A program made the position numbers and the translations under genes. Below, piece by piece: positions 47,753 to 62,082 of a stretch of 64,000 bases of DNA (the first letter of the stretch is position 1; each line of letters starts with the position of its first letter). The stretch comes from Oikopleura dioica (lineage: Eukaryota; Animalia; Chordata), in contig OU015568.1 in assembly GCA_907165135.1 (NCBI GenBank), forward strand, positions 12,958,001 through 13,022,000, given 5' to 3'. Below the pieces are notes generated by a model, which made no database searches, had not been told where the DNA came from, and worked only from the letters and a program-made list of their open reading frames with translations.

Positions 47753-50700
47753 TTAATCTCTGTTCGGATCCGTTACTTCGTTTTCGATGAGGCCAGCTCG
47801 TTCGGTTGAAGATTTTGGTTCGCCCTTGTTGTTGAACTCGTGGAAGAGGGGATTGTGATTTTCAACCTTCGAGAAAATTACATAAAATTAAAGATTAACC
47901 TAAACTTACCGGTCTACTATCTTCGCCTGCGCTCCAAGCATCGTTGAAAGTAGTAGTGACTGTGTCTCCCCCAAGAACAAGCTGTGGAAGCTGCTTGTAT
48001 CGGTTTTCTCTGACCCGTTTGAGGTAAACGAGGCCTAATCCGGCGGCAATTATTACGATCGCGATTGAGACCGACGCCCAGCTCATTCCTTTATGAATTT
48101 CTGGAGTTTCATCTTGAGCAATGAGCCCATCGCAAATCTCGGAAGTCCAAACTTCCTCGTTTTCTCCACAGCTGATAACTGATTAGATAGCTGGAGATAA
48201 ATAAAATTCTACCTCAAAGTCATCGGAGAGGCACTACTATGGTCTGAGCAGACAACTCCATCCTCGCAAATTGATGGCACGTCTTCCAGTGGCTCTTCTT
48301 TAAATTGACCGGCTATTCGAACATCTAAGCAAAATTAAAGAAGGAAATAAAAAAAGAACACAGACCTTTTGTCGCCCAAGGGGCAAGTGTAATTCCGACG
48401 ATTTTAGATGCTGGAAGATTTGTTAGTGGGCGTACTTCTCCAGTTCGAGTATGTACAGTTAACATGCGGACGGCAGAGTTGCCAGATTTATCGGAGAGTG
48501 CAACGTAAAGTAAATTCTGAATAGGTTAAAATAAAAACAAATGTTTATAAATTAAAATCACCTCAAAAATGCTCATCTTTATGACTGGATTCTCGATATC
48601 ATCATGATAGTACGCCATAGAAGTGTGTTTCCCTGCGTACTTATATGTCCAGAATTTAAGAGAAGCCAGTTTTGTCGGTTTAACATGTCCAGCAGTAACA
48701 TCACAAAGTGCTTGCCAAATCGTAGATCCAGAAGCCCAGTAGATTTTACAAGAATAGGAATCTTGTACCAGAGATGTAACATTTGTTAGAGCTAGATAAA
48801 ATGTAAAGTGTAACTTTCTTCTTGTTATTTTACGAACCTTGAGTGGCTTGTTTCGAATTCGCGAATTCCTTTCTGGTAATAAAGGGAATATTGTTAACGT
48901 AGAAAACAGCTTGGCCAAACTGATCTTCAAAAACGACAATTTCGTTTCTACAAACACCGACTTCGTTCTCTCGGACGCCCGTATCCTGCATGACAACATG
49001 GATGGCTTTCAGAGATGGATTGATCTTTGCCAGTGCATTATTGGAGAATTTAATATAACCGGTCTCTGTATCGAGCGTTTCGAATCGGCGAGAGCCATCT
49101 TTGAAAGTAGAAACACTCAAGATATCGACTTCATGAAGGTAGGTAAAGGAAGTCGTGTCAGTCAGAATGTGGGAACGATCAGAGACGTCGACATCCGCCC
49201 AGAAAAGGGGCTTATCGTAATAGTCCTGAAAATATGGCATGATAATGACATCGCATATATTTTTTTACCTTTATCAGTTCTTGGAATTCACCCCGCCGAT
49301 CTGCATCTGTTCGGGCCGGTAAGTTCCACAGACCTCGGGAAATTTTCATCTTTTTCCCAATAAGGATTGAGTTCGTTCTTTTCAAATCTGTAGCCACATG
49401 ACGTAAGGGTACAACATCATCTGGCAACGAGAATGGAAGTACTCCTCCCAAGTATGCAACTTCGTTGAAAACTTCGTGCACCGTTACTTGGTCGTGATTT
49501 TCCAGTCGCTCAGGATTGACCATGACCACATTCATTTCTGTTTCAGAAAATACAAGAATCTCGAATCCAGCATCTCCGTCTTTTCCGCGGCAGAGTCGGG
49601 GCGGATCCAGTGGCTCCATGCTAGCCGAATACTGGAGAATCGAATCGTAGCCGGTGTGGCAGCCGCATTTAACTGATTTTTCGCCGTTCTAGTTATTGTC
49701 AGGGGTTTGAAAAAGTGGAAGAACGCGGGAAGAAAATGCGCGCGGGCGCCGCGCTTTCTTCTCCGCCGCGGAAGAAGGCGCGAAATTCTTTAAAAAAGGG
49801 GAAGAAAAACTTCTTCCCGCCTTCTTCTCGCGGCGGAAGAAGATTTTTTACACCGCGTTCAGGGGCGGGCCGCGCGTACCAAATTGTGTTAGACTTCCTT
49901 AACTGGAAATCATGCAAATAACTAAGAGTTTTTTTTGATGGTTCGATATCTAAGAAGCTCTAAGGAAATGGCTCTTTTCGTAAAATTAAAATTTGAATGG
50001 TATGATTACTAATCATTGATTAGGGATTCTCACGGGAAAACAAATTGTACTCAATTTTCTTGAAACTTTCAATCTAGATGTATTTTTTCCGCTGATTTCA
50101 AAATGCAAAAATCAAATGATTTTCACAATTGTGAAATTCTGAGTAAGTGGCAATTTATAGCCGATAAGGTCGCTTGGTGGTAAGCCCTAGTATTTCGTTT
50201 GTTTTGGAAGTAATCCTTGACTATGACTCGGCTAATTCTTAGCAAACGGTTAGCTTACCACTACCGGGAACTTTTTTGTTAGGATCACCCGCCGTTATTT
50301 GTGACAGATTTCCTACAGTAGGCTGCTCTTGTGGCACTTTCGTCAAATTTGCCTCCTGTGGCACTGCCTCTACGGTGGTCTACAACAACGGGCGCAAGTA
50401 CCACAAGACCACCCGTGACTTCAGCTCTAATTCGGGCTCAAAGTAGAATTTGTGCAAATCAAACCATTTCATGAAAGAACCACTTTAAAGAAATCGAACC
50501 ATCCAAAAAAGTCCTTATATTTGCATGACATCCAACTGAAAATAAAGTGGGCCGAGGCGCGCTCACTCACCGGGGTTGAATTGAAAGAGGGCTGGGCGTA
50601 CGAGAGCTCGAATACACCGCTCACCCCGCGCCAACCCTTTTTCTTCTCGCCCCGGAAGAATATCGCACCTTCTTCTGCGGCGGGGAAGAAGGCGGGGCGC

Positions 50701-53700
50701 CCGAGCGCATATTCTTCCCGCGCTCTTCCACTTTTGCAAACCCCTGGTTATTGTTATTACAAAATAAATATAATAAAGCGTACTAGATCACTGTAAACTG
50801 AAAAGCAAGACTGCTGACAGGGATTTTGAGACGAGCAGAGTCCAATTATAGAAAGATGGTTAAAAATTTCCGCACAGGCATCTTTATCCGTGTCACAAGT
50901 CGCTTGATTCATTGCACAATAATAAGTCTCATCTGAACCATCAGCACAGTCGTCTTTTCCGTCGCAAAGAAATTCGGAAGAGATGCATCCTCCGCTACTA
51001 CAGCGGAAGACGTTGTCAAGCAAGTTCAATTCATCATCGTAACAATTGGTGATGTTCGCGAGCGAGCTGCACTGGGCTTCGTCAGAGCCGTCTAGGAAAA
51101 TAAATCAGGTAAGTATTAAAACAACAAGGTGGCACCTTGGCAGTCCGCATTTCCGTCGCACTCGAGATTTCCAGTCGTTTGATCACCAATACATTGAGCG
51201 GAGCCATCTGCACGAGTCTTGCACAAGAATCCTTTGCATTCATTGTCATGATCACAGAAACGCTCGTCCGCGGCTATTTGTGTTACTGGGTTGATGTGAC
51301 AGTCGTTTTTGCCATCACAGACTTGACTTCGATCTAAAGTAAAATCAAAGTTCCCTTACTTATATTTTTTAAATACCGATGCACTGTGGCCCAGCATCAG
51401 CATCGCAGGAAAATTCTTCAGGGCTACAACCACAGTTTTCCTCGTCGGCTCCATCTGGGCAATGATTCTCGCCATCACAAATTTGATGCGATAGAACGCA
51501 TTGGTTGTTGCAGTAAAGCCCAGTTTCGCAAGGATGCGAATAACTTGGATTACCACATAAAGCGTCATCTTCGTCTTCGTTATTTGGACAATCATTTCGA
51601 CCATCACAAACCCATGCTTGCCGGGCGCAAACGTTTTTGCCTGATTTGTGGCAATGAAAAGCATCAGGAACGTCGCAGTCGAGTTGTTTACAGTCGGATT
51701 CATCCTCGCCATAGCCACAATTGATGATTCCATCACATTTCTGACTCTGACTGATGCATTTCAATGACCTTAAAAATAATCTAGAGTCAATTTCTCGAAG
51801 ATTCTGAATACCGAACGCAATAGTATTGGTCTGCTCTGCAATGAGGAGGAGGACATTTATATTCATCGTCTCTACGAATACAGTGCGCAGTTCCATCACA
51901 AAGAGCTTTCTGTGGAAGGCAGTCGCTCATGCGAGGAGTGTAGCCGTAACGTCGGACGATTGTTTTGCACTGATACATTCCACTAGGACACTTGCAGGCG
52001 CTATGAGTTTCGTCTTCTTTATTTGGACAGTCGATAGTTCCATCGCAGAATTTACTCTGTTCCACACAGCGCTCGTTTCCTTATAAATTGCTCAAAAAGT
52101 TCAATGAGTAAAATAAACCTGATCCTGAAGGCGAGCATTTTCGACGAGTTCCCGGAAGAACAGAGCAGGGATCTAAATTTTTTCGCGAAAATCGCAATTT
52201 GCGAATATTTTGCGATTGCGATGCGAAATTTCGCAGAAAATTCGCAATCCAAAAACTTTTTTGATCTAATCGCAATCGCATCGCAATCGCAACTCAGTTT
52301 TCGCTAATAATTCGCAAATTGCGATTTTTTTGCGAATTTCGGTCTTGTCAAAGTGCTCCCTTGTTATTCTGACATCAGTTTTCTTTGACTCAGAGCCTAT
52401 GTTCTGTGTTCTTAAGGCTTCATTGAAAGCCTGACCTCAAAAAATTTTCTTAATTCTATGAAAAGTTACTTTTTTCGCTAAAATTTCGCAAATAGCGACA
52501 AAATCGCAATTCGCGAAAAATTCGCAATTTGCGACAAAAATCGCAATCGCATCGCAATTTCCGGAGTATTTTGCGTCGCAATCGCATCGCAATCGCAATT
52601 GATTTTCGGCAAAAATTTAGATCCCTGGAACAGAGCAGTCAAAATTTCCGCACTCCTTCTCATCAGAACCATCTGCACAGTCTGGAACTCCATCGCAGAG
52701 AGAAATTGGAGCAATACAGTATTTCGAATCCCGTGTTCGTTCGGCTTCTTCCAACTGATCATTCGAAAGCCCTCCGCAGGTTAAAAATCCTCTGTCGCAA
52801 TGGTTACCTTGTTCCTTTGTTTGTTTCCAAACTTCCTCGCAGTTGCCAGTGTCACTATTCATTTTCGTAAATGAGCCGCAGTCATCAACGCATTTTCCGG
52901 TCGAGGAGTCCCTTCTGTATCCATCTCCACAAGTGCAGACAGCATCCGGTCTCATTCCGTTTCCTGGCTTGAGGAGACAGAGTTCGTTTGGATCGCATTT
53001 ATTTTCGCATGGATTTCCAGAGTCCAGAGATGGTTGTAAAGCTTTATCAATAACAACGATTGACATTGGCTTTTGATCAAGTGATTTTGCGAGAAGATTT
53101 TCTGCCTCACATTCCAAGCTTGCATCACAATTTTTATGGATGCGGTAGATGCTCTTTTGTTGTTCTTCCATTCCGATATATAAATATACTCCTCGAAGAG
53201 TGCGATTGAAAATATATGAGTGCTATCATCTGTAACAGGCTTGAAAACATACTGGAACTCGGTGAAATCGAAATTTGTTCTCGCAATATAATCCTCCCGA
53301 GCATCAACGAAGTAGATCATGGGCGAGGATGACCAATTGCCGCTGAAATCCTCTGAACTAGCAGTGATGTCAATAATGATGTCATTTGGCCAAGAAACTG
53401 GAGGAGCTCCTTGCATTGTGTTATCTAAGAGAATTTTTGCATCAGTTCCATCCATATTCACTCGGCCAATGTGACTGTAAGTTCCCCAGTCGGAATAGAA
53501 AAGGACACCCTTCGGCTGATAAAGTGCAACGGCTCTTATGTGCTTGAGTTTATCTCCAACTCCAGGAGTATTCTCGTCCATAAGAGTTTTCGTAAATCGT
53601 GGACCGTCCATTTCTCCAGTCATAACGAAGAGCTTTCCGTTAATTTTATCGCCAAAATAGATATTCCCAGTAATCCAATCTACAGAAAGAGCATCGATTT

Positions 53701-56700
53701 GAGCACGCTCTCGAAGACCGTAGGATTTAACATTCTCTGTGAACAAGTTTTCATTGAGATTTGAAATATCGTGGATCGAGTCTGCTCTAATCGCTCTAAT
53801 ATGAGTAGTACCTTTTTGGCTTCCGTCAACAGAGGCCCAGTAGAATTCACTCAACCTATAGTTGTAATCAAATGCGACAACATTGGACTGTTTCGTGGCG
53901 AATAATTCTGCTTTTTGCTCTTCAAAATTTAATCTGGCGAAGTTTTTCTGGTTGCCGAAGATTATTTGTGGTTTGTAAGTTTCAGAAGCGAACTCATGAG
54001 TTACTCGACAGATTCCGTTCTCATCAGACGCGTAACCGTCCACACATTTGCAGACTGGTGCTTTACCTTCTGTCGGCACGCATTTTTGGGAGCAAGGAAG
54101 ATGACCAACAGAGCAGTGTTCATCATCGGTTTTAACACACTTTTGAGTTGCGAGATTGAGGTATTCGCCGGCGCTACAGTCAATTTTCGGTAAAGCATCA
54201 TCGCAGTTTACCTCGTCATTACCATCCAAGCAGTCTTTCTCTCCATCGCAAATCTTTTCATTTGGAACGCATTTCTTGTCATTCCAATTGCTGGCAAAGC
54301 AAGAGAAGACACCGTTGCAGTGTTCACAGTCTTCTTCATCTTCCATCTCTTCGCAATCCGGAATGCCATCGCATTTCTGAAAGTCTTTGATGCATTCGCC
54401 ACTAGACGGGCATTTCCACTCATCGGGGGCACAATTGCTAAATGTTTGATCTGCTGTTTTTCTCGGGGTTCTAACTGAAGGCTGTGGATCTGGAAGTGGC
54501 TGATCGGATTGAACTCCGTCACATGTGCCGGTCATTGTGCAGTAATATTCGTCGTCGACATCGCGTCGTTTGATGATATGTGATCCGTCGTAACAACCAT
54601 GAGATGAGTCATCATCGCCATCAACAAAAAGGATCTTTGACTCTTTAACACACTGACCATTCTGACAGCGATAAAAACCGACTGGGCAGTGGATATGAGC
54701 AGCTTCGTGCGAGTTCTCACTCGTTTCATCCACTGCAGAAGCACCTTCTTGATGCCAACTATCACAAAACGACTCGTCTGCGCCGCGTTCACAATCGTCA
54801 GTTCCATCACATCGTGATTCCAGGTCAATGCACTGATTCATATCTGGGCAGAGCCAAACATGATCGTTATCGTCAACTTTTTCCAATCGACCATTTGCTG
54901 GGCATGACGGATTCATCGGGAAATCGATGCTTGTATCGCCAAGTTGGTGCCTAAAACAGGTTTTTGCATCTTTTGCCAATGCGTATCCTTTTTGACATTT
55001 GCAATGATGTCCCATGCTTCCATCTTGCGGCTTCTCGCAGATATGTTCGCAGCCACCATTGTGTGGCCCAATGACGGACGTAGCGATACTCTTAGTCGTA
55101 TCAACCTCGCAGAAATCTACGTTGCATTCGGTATGCGGAACAGTTATGTCAATGTTGAGTAGATCGCCAGCGAATTTGATCTCACTCGGTCCTCCTTTTT
55201 CGGGTAAACTTCCGGAAAACTTTCTCATCGTAATAGTTTGGGAGTCTTTACGCTCTAGGACGAAAAACAAATCAATTCCATTCGAAGCCTGGATGACAGT
55301 ATCACCAGTGATGTCGGTTAATTTTCGCCACTTTTTATCATCATGCTCTTTGCACTGAACAGATTTATCCATCACAATACAGAGACGATTTTCAGTAACC
55401 GCAAAGCTGTGAACTCTTCCATCAGGGATTTCAATTTTATATCCATCATCAGTGGTGAAGTGATACCCAGGCAGTTTGATGATGAAATAATTGTCTTTGT
55501 CGTCATTGGTCTCCCGAATGAGAGCAAAAATCGTGTCTATGCAATTAACAAGCTGCATTTGAATGATCTTCTGATTTCCCCTCGCCATAAATATGAGACT
55601 CGGATTTTTGGAGATTTCTTCTGACGCTTCATTCCAAATTGCTTCGGGATTCGTCGTACGGTAGTAGTTCGTGTTAAAAGCTTCACTGAAACGGAACTGT
55701 CTCATTTTTGTGCTTCTTGAAACAAGCTTCATGCTAAATTCTGGTGTGCCCCAAGTAAGTGGAACTCGACCGATATGAACAATCGGGAACGAGTTGTTCA
55801 GGAGGCTCGATTCATGAACAAGTACCAATGGCAAAAGGTTGGTATTCAAGAGAGCGGCGTAAGCAAGTTCGATGGTACCCTGTGGAACAGTCTCAACAAC
55901 ATCAAGGCTTTTTCCAAACAATGTAAATATTCGTGAAGGAGTTTGAAAGACCAGAAGAGCGGGGTCGGTATCTGCCTTCATTTCACACGCTCTTGTTTTG
56001 TCTTCTTCATCGTCTCTAACGCACAAAACGCGACTTTCAGCTGCAATGCCGCTTATATTACATTTAGAGAATCCTTCAGGGCATTTTTGTCTTTTTCTTC
56101 ATCAGACTCGCAATTCTCCTCGTCAGATCCGTCGAAACAGTTCTTCTCTCCATTACAAACGTCCCAGGAGTTGATACACTGGCGTTTATCAGCGCAAAGA
56201 TGATGTAAGTAGTCGACTCCACATGTGATTTCCGGCCGCAAATTACAATTTTCTTCAAGCTCGTCTTCACCTCCCGGACAGTCCCTGACTCCATCACAAA
56301 GTGCGCCTTGGTAATTGTCGTACTTTAGTCTTACTTGCTGAGCCGATTTAGAAATACATTTTCCAGAGTCACATTTGAACTCATCATCGCTACATGTATC
56401 TTTCTTGCAGTCGAGCTCGTCGGAATAATCGCCACAATTTTCATTCCCGTCACAGCGATAATTTTTATCGATGCACTTGTGATTGTGGCAATAGAACTGA
56501 CTTGAGAAGCAAAAGTCGACGAGGCTCGCTTTTGGATTTGAATTCTTTTTGCACTGGTAATTTTCGTTCATCGTGTAGCCGATATAACATTTGCAAATAG
56601 TTTTCTGTCCGTCGAAGTATTCAACTTGAGCATCTGCACACGCACGTGGAGCTGGATCAATGCTCTGGATAGCGTCGAACAGGACAAGATCTCTCGCAGA

Positions 56701-59212
56701 AGGAACTGATCGAACAAGGGATGTACTCCCATCGAGCTCTAATTTGTAGATTTTGTTATTTGATGATAAAAAGAGCTCTGTATTTTTGTGACAGCTCATT
56801 CGCATCAATTTATCTTCAACGAAGATTTCTTCACTGTCGACGATGTCGACGCAATCACGGCCAAAGAAGGTGACTAGAGCAGAGTCAATGCCAAGCTCGT
56901 GAGCGCAAAGTTTTCTATTTTCGATCGAAAAAAGCTTGTTTGCGCACACAACTATGTCTGGCACGATTTCTGGCATGAATCTCGTTTGAGGAGGACTCCA
57001 TTTACTGTCTTTTAGATCAACATAGATTATAACCGCCAGATATTTTTGATCACGAAGATCTTGCTTCGATCGGAAGGTGGTGTGGTGGCCAGACAGGTCT
57101 TTTATGTAAAGAAGGAAAATTCGACCATTTTCAGAGTCAACCGCCATCGAAACTGGGTCGCCCAACCGCCTCATTGATGATGTGATAGGAATGTAATTCA
57201 AGTCGTCATCGTCCTGATCTTTCAATTTGTGAATTGAGGAGGCGTAGATTCGACCATCGGCGAAAAAGAAGATTGTTTGTCGAGCTGGATCCAAAGCCAT
57301 TGCGGAGGGTGATTTAACAGGTAAGTATGTCAAAGTCTTGACTCTTGATGGCAACTCGAGGGAACGGTACATGATTTCAGCGCGAACATGTCCAGATAAA
57401 ATTGCAATGACATCATCGTCTGCTGTTTTGACAAGAAGCCCATCGAGTGGATGAGAATCATCTACAAGGCCTGCGTGTATCTGGTACTCTTCTTCTTCAA
57501 AATCGTAAAATGAAATCGATGACGAATGATGATTTCCAACATTTGCCATGAAAAAGAGATCGTCAGAATGCTTCTTTTGCGATAAATCACATTCTATTTC
57601 AGAACCGCCCCGCAAAGTCGATGAGTAGCAAAGATATTGGCATTTACCGTCTCCAGATCTAAGAGCAAGGGCCCCATCTTTTTCGGGACATTTTTCTGGA
57701 AGAGTAACATCTTCGCGTTTTATCACGATTTTCACTTCGGATGAGATACTTAGAGAATCATATGTTTTTATTGTTGGCTGCTGAGTTTCCTCGTCGATTT
57801 GAATGGTGTAAATATTTCTATCATCATTAACAACAAAAGACATGTCGGGAAGAACTTGCAAGAGACTTTGTATCTTCCCGTGCTCTTCCTTTTCGAACTG
57901 GGATATGTCAACGTCATCGAGCAATTGGCCGTTGTAATCGTGGACAAGCACATGCAACTTTTGCCCAGCAGCAAAATAAGGGACGAAGATTTTTCTCTGC
58001 TCGTATGAGACAGTGATCTGGTGGATGGCGTAAGATTTGTCATCCTTCAAATGAGAGAGCATAAACAGCCGTCTTTTTGTTTCGCCATCAAGGTCAAGCG
58101 CGGCAATGTCGAAGAAAGTATTGGTCAAAATGGTGCGCGAATGTTCAAGAGCTCCGATAAGTGGGTGATCGATGATGAAACGCAAGTTACGAAGTGGATC
58201 CAGTCCAACTTCAACTTCGCTTCTGTCACTCAGGAATACACATTTTGGTGACTCATCTGGATCGTCGAAATTAAGTTGACAGAGCCAAGTTTGAGGCCCA
58301 GTAAAGTAAATTTGTTGAAGATTTGTGTGGAGGGAAAGTTTCTATAATCACTTTCACTCCAGAAAACAAGAAGGAAACTTACGTGAATCTCGTTGATATT
58401 AAAATATTCCTGGAAATTATTAAATTGCAATTTATCCCAGCGATAATCACCATCCGGGGTTCTCAAAAAACACATAAGATCACTATTTGATAGTCTGATG
58501 AAGCAAAACAGGGAGGAGTTGTCGTCGAATGTTGGTGCTCGCGTGTGCTCATCGCTGAATATTGAAGTGTACAAGCGTTTTCCGTCTTGATCCTCTTCAT
58601 AAAATGTGTCTTTATCGATGTAAACGAAGGATTCGATTTCATATTGCACTGTTTCTTCTTTTTCTATACAGGCAGGAGCTTCGGGGTCGAACTCCTTGAG
58701 CAGATTTATACTTTTTGCTTCGTCACATTTACAGATTGGTTCAGTTCCATTAAATATAGCTTGACATGTAGCACTATCGTCGCAAGATGAAGAACAGTCT
58801 GAGTTGCAAGACGCCTCGTCCGAACCGTCATCGCAGTCATTTATCCCGTCACAAAGAGAAGATCTGAATATCTTTTAGAATCTCATTTGCATCGGCGCTC
58901 ATACTTAGGTATGCAAACTGTCGGCGTTGATTTACACTGCGTCCAAAGATAACTGACTTCCGGCGAGCTACAGATTTGAGCTTTCGATTCACCTTCTTCT
59001 CTATCTTTTGGATCTTTGAGATCACAATGGGTCTCGTCATCAACAGTTTGGCAGTCGCGCTCGCCATCGCAAGCGACTAGATACTGGAGGCAAGCGTTTT
59101 CATAACTGCTGATGCTCGGAGATGGTTTTTCACAGAAGAAGGAGTAATTCGGGTCGCATGTTAGGTCCGAGGGCAGTACACTGTACGGTAATAGCGACAG
59201 TGTAAATTTCAT
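47753..59212 (-). CDS. Large LDL-receptor-related protein (LRP1/megalin/vitellogenin-receptor type)
   Basis: Many LDLa repeats (CDGxxDCxDGSDE), YWTD-type propellers ([19 protein letters not shown]), EGF modules, [22 protein letters not shown], cytoplasmic NPLF. Confidence 0.88.
49700..50746. mobile_element. hAT-type MITE (1047 bp) in an LRP intron
   Basis: Ends CAGGGGTTTG..CAAACCCCTG; 8-bp TSD GTTATTGT at 49692-49699 and 50747-50754; subterminal GAAGAA/TTCTTC repeats. Confidence 0.93.
52166..52627. mobile_element. hAT-type MITE (462 bp) inside an LRP coding exon
   Basis: Ends CAGGGATCTAAA..TTTAGATCCCTG; 8-bp TSD GAACAGAG at 52158-52165 and 52628-52635; ATCGCA subterminal repeats. Confidence 0.93.
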
Positions 59213-59327
59213 GGTTCCAATTTCATCGTTATCTGAAGTTTATAATTAAACAGACATCGAATACCAAATTCAGTCAAAAAAGCAAACAGAAATTGAGTTT
59301 AATAATTCAACATTCGGGAAAAGCTGT

Positions 59328-60681
59328 TTAGATGTTGACTCCGTCTAAGTTCATCGACTCAATATCCAGTCCTTTTGTGTAATAAGTCAGGTCCTCAGCA
59401 TTTTTTCTCTCTTCATTCACGAAATTTCTAGCAGCGTCCTGTTACATGGTTTCACAAAACACTGCTGTGAGAATAAAAAATAAATATATCGTCAGCGTAT
59501 TCACGAGATTCATTCAGCTCTTCGTTTATGAGCAAAATACTTTCGTTTTTGAAGTTTATGAACCAATTCCTTGAGCGCGTCATTTTGTTGCTCTTTGGTC
59601 ATCTTCTCGAACTCCTCCATTCTCGTTATGAACATTTTGGTCGTCTCTTCGAAAATCTTCATTTTTGCTTCTTCATCGAGCAAAAGTGCGACGATACATG
59701 AAGATCGGAGCTTAATCAAGTCGTCCTTTATCCCGGCTATTACGTATTCTTTCTCTCAAATGTTTGGACACTTTTTTATGTAACACAATAATATTTGCCA
59801 AGCAAGTCGGCTTGTTTATTCTTGCCTTTGAAGCTACTATCTTCGAATATAGTAATTAGCCTCGTCCCTTGCGGCATTCATTCTTGTAATCCATCATCTT
59901 CCAAACTGCGAACTGAAAGACTTGATCGGAGAGTATTTTCTGCGATCGCTCCCAAGAGCAGTTTATGGCCATGTAAATAATTCCCAAAGTTGAGCCGAGA
60001 AACTTTAGAATCGGAGGGTCTTGGTCGATATTTTTCGGGTCCGCTAAAAATCATAAATTTAAAATCTTCGAACAGTTTTTACTTCTTGGAAGAGCCATGA
60101 CTTTCATTAATGAGTCGAGAATGTCAGTTTCAACCAAATTGATTGTGAACTTTTCATTCATACAGTCCATCAGCTTGTAAACAGAGTCCAAAAGTGAACA
60201 AATTGAATTCGTCTCCACATTATCTGCGATCATGGGGAAACCATGCTCGTCCTTTTTCCCGTCGACGAGGAAGTCCAAAAAGCACGCTTTCAGTACAGTC
60301 ACGTTGAAGTCGTACTTTTTGACGAGCATCATAGCAAAGTTGTCGATGTCCTTCATTGTCGGAGCATAATCGTGGTAGAAATCAACCACGAAGGAGAAGT
60401 ATTTCACTGCATCTTGGAAATCCTCGGGCGAATGAGTTTTTCTTGAACTCAAAACGCCCATAATTTTTGCAACAACTTCGTCAATTTTAACTCGCCGAAA
60501 AGTGTCCTCGACCTTGGCATGGACATCATCTCCGTCCATGTCGTACTCATCATCAGAATCTATCAAATACTACTTTAGAATCGCCTCGAAATTCGAAAAA
60601 GGTACCGGATATCTGAAGATTAAACTTTCGAATACATTCAAGAGTTTCATCAAAAAGCTGGTAATCTTTTCCGTCAAACAT
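59328..60681 (-). CDS. Unknown helical (ARM/HEAT-like) protein
   Basis: Chain of open exons with amphipathic helices; no family recognised. Confidence 0.45.
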
Positions 60682-61007
60682 TATTTTTTTCTTACTTAGT
60701 CAAAATTGGCACTTTGCTTGTCTAGGCGCTAATCCAAAGACGCCAGATTTGAAATAGTAAAGGTCAATTTATTTTGAAGATTAAGCTCTGTCAAGTAGCG
60801 CACAATGAAGGGTTGAATAGTTAAGTTTGTTTTGGGTATAGAAGTGGTAAAGGTAGTTATAGGAATCAGGAGGATTTTAATATAAAGGAACACACGGAGA
60901 AAGTTGGCGACAGTTGACGGGTTAAAAATTAAATAAAAACAAAGAGAAATTTACAGAAATCATATTTTTCGTACTTCGCAGATAAAAATCCACTTCAACT
61001 GATACTT

Positions 61008-61997
61008 TTACTGGACGCAACGAACAATGCCACGTAGATTTTGCTTCACACCAAAATGTTTCTGAACTTGGTCGAATCCCATCGTTTCGTACTCGACTTT
61101 TTTGCACATCAAAGAATCGAGTGATGAGAAACGCTCCGAAATTCCCAAATCTGGTAGCTCTTGAAATCAAGTTTTAGCTTTGAGGAAGGAGATTAAGTTT
61201 GTACCTAGGTAATAATTTTGTTGAGAAGAAATTGCAGAGAAATTCGAATTTTTCGTGACACACCAAGCCGCCCAGGCTTGACTGAAACAATCATTTATCA
61301 AAAATCCCACTTATTTCTTAACAACCTGTTTGAAAAATCAAGCCCAGAGTTTTCATTTGTTGCATTTATATAAATATCAGTAGGGGAAAGCCCATCTTCA
61401 TTAGGCGGAATAATGATCGGTAGTTTCCGGCAAGAGTGAGGAAATGTTCTATGAGGGCGTTTTTCGATTATTCCATTTTGCCAGAAAAGAATTTCTTCGC
61501 GATTCCAAATTGCCCATTTTAATTCGCCGTGAACAACGTACTCAAGAATATCACCCGATCGAAATCCTGCTTGAGAGAATTGATCAGGTAAGTGCCACCG
61601 ATCAAAGCTCATTCGAATCAAAATCAACTTGCGCTCTTTTGAGGCTTCTTGCTCAACGAATATTCTCCACGCCAGTTCGTCTTTCAGCGATCGTTTCACT
61701 TCCAAATCGGAATCGTGGACTACTCGATGGGAGGAATCGCCACCGTCAGTGCCGAATACAAAAGTATTGCCGTCGATTTCGTTGCTATTTGAAGGAATAT
61801 CCAGGTCATGGCCCAGAGCAGCTTTTGCTCTAAAAAGTCAATTAATTTCCTTATTTGATCGAACCTTTTATTTACCTTAAAACTTGCTGCTGACCCTGTG
61901 TCTTGACTGCTTGGACGAATGAAGCTGGCTGGTCAATTTCGTCGTCCATTGGAGCCCCAACTTGGGAGTACAGCCCTTTGCCCTGGCTCTGTCCCAT
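61008..61997 (-). CDS. LRAT-domain (FAM84/LRATD)-like protein
   Basis: MG start, GDILEY..KWAIW..FWQNGII and AWAAWC segments resemble the LRATD GDLLE..HWAVY..FAAWC pattern. Confidence 0.5.
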
Positions 61998-62082
61998 TTT
62001 CTCTTCGACTTCAGTCTAAATTTGCCTCTTTTAGAAACAGTTTGGTTTGAATGTACAGAATATTCTGAGAGACAGAAGTTAA

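Noticed and set aside
50150-50300. GC-moderate stretch in the MITE as a tRNA or other Pol III gene
   Set aside because: No cloverleaf or convincing A/B boxes by eye
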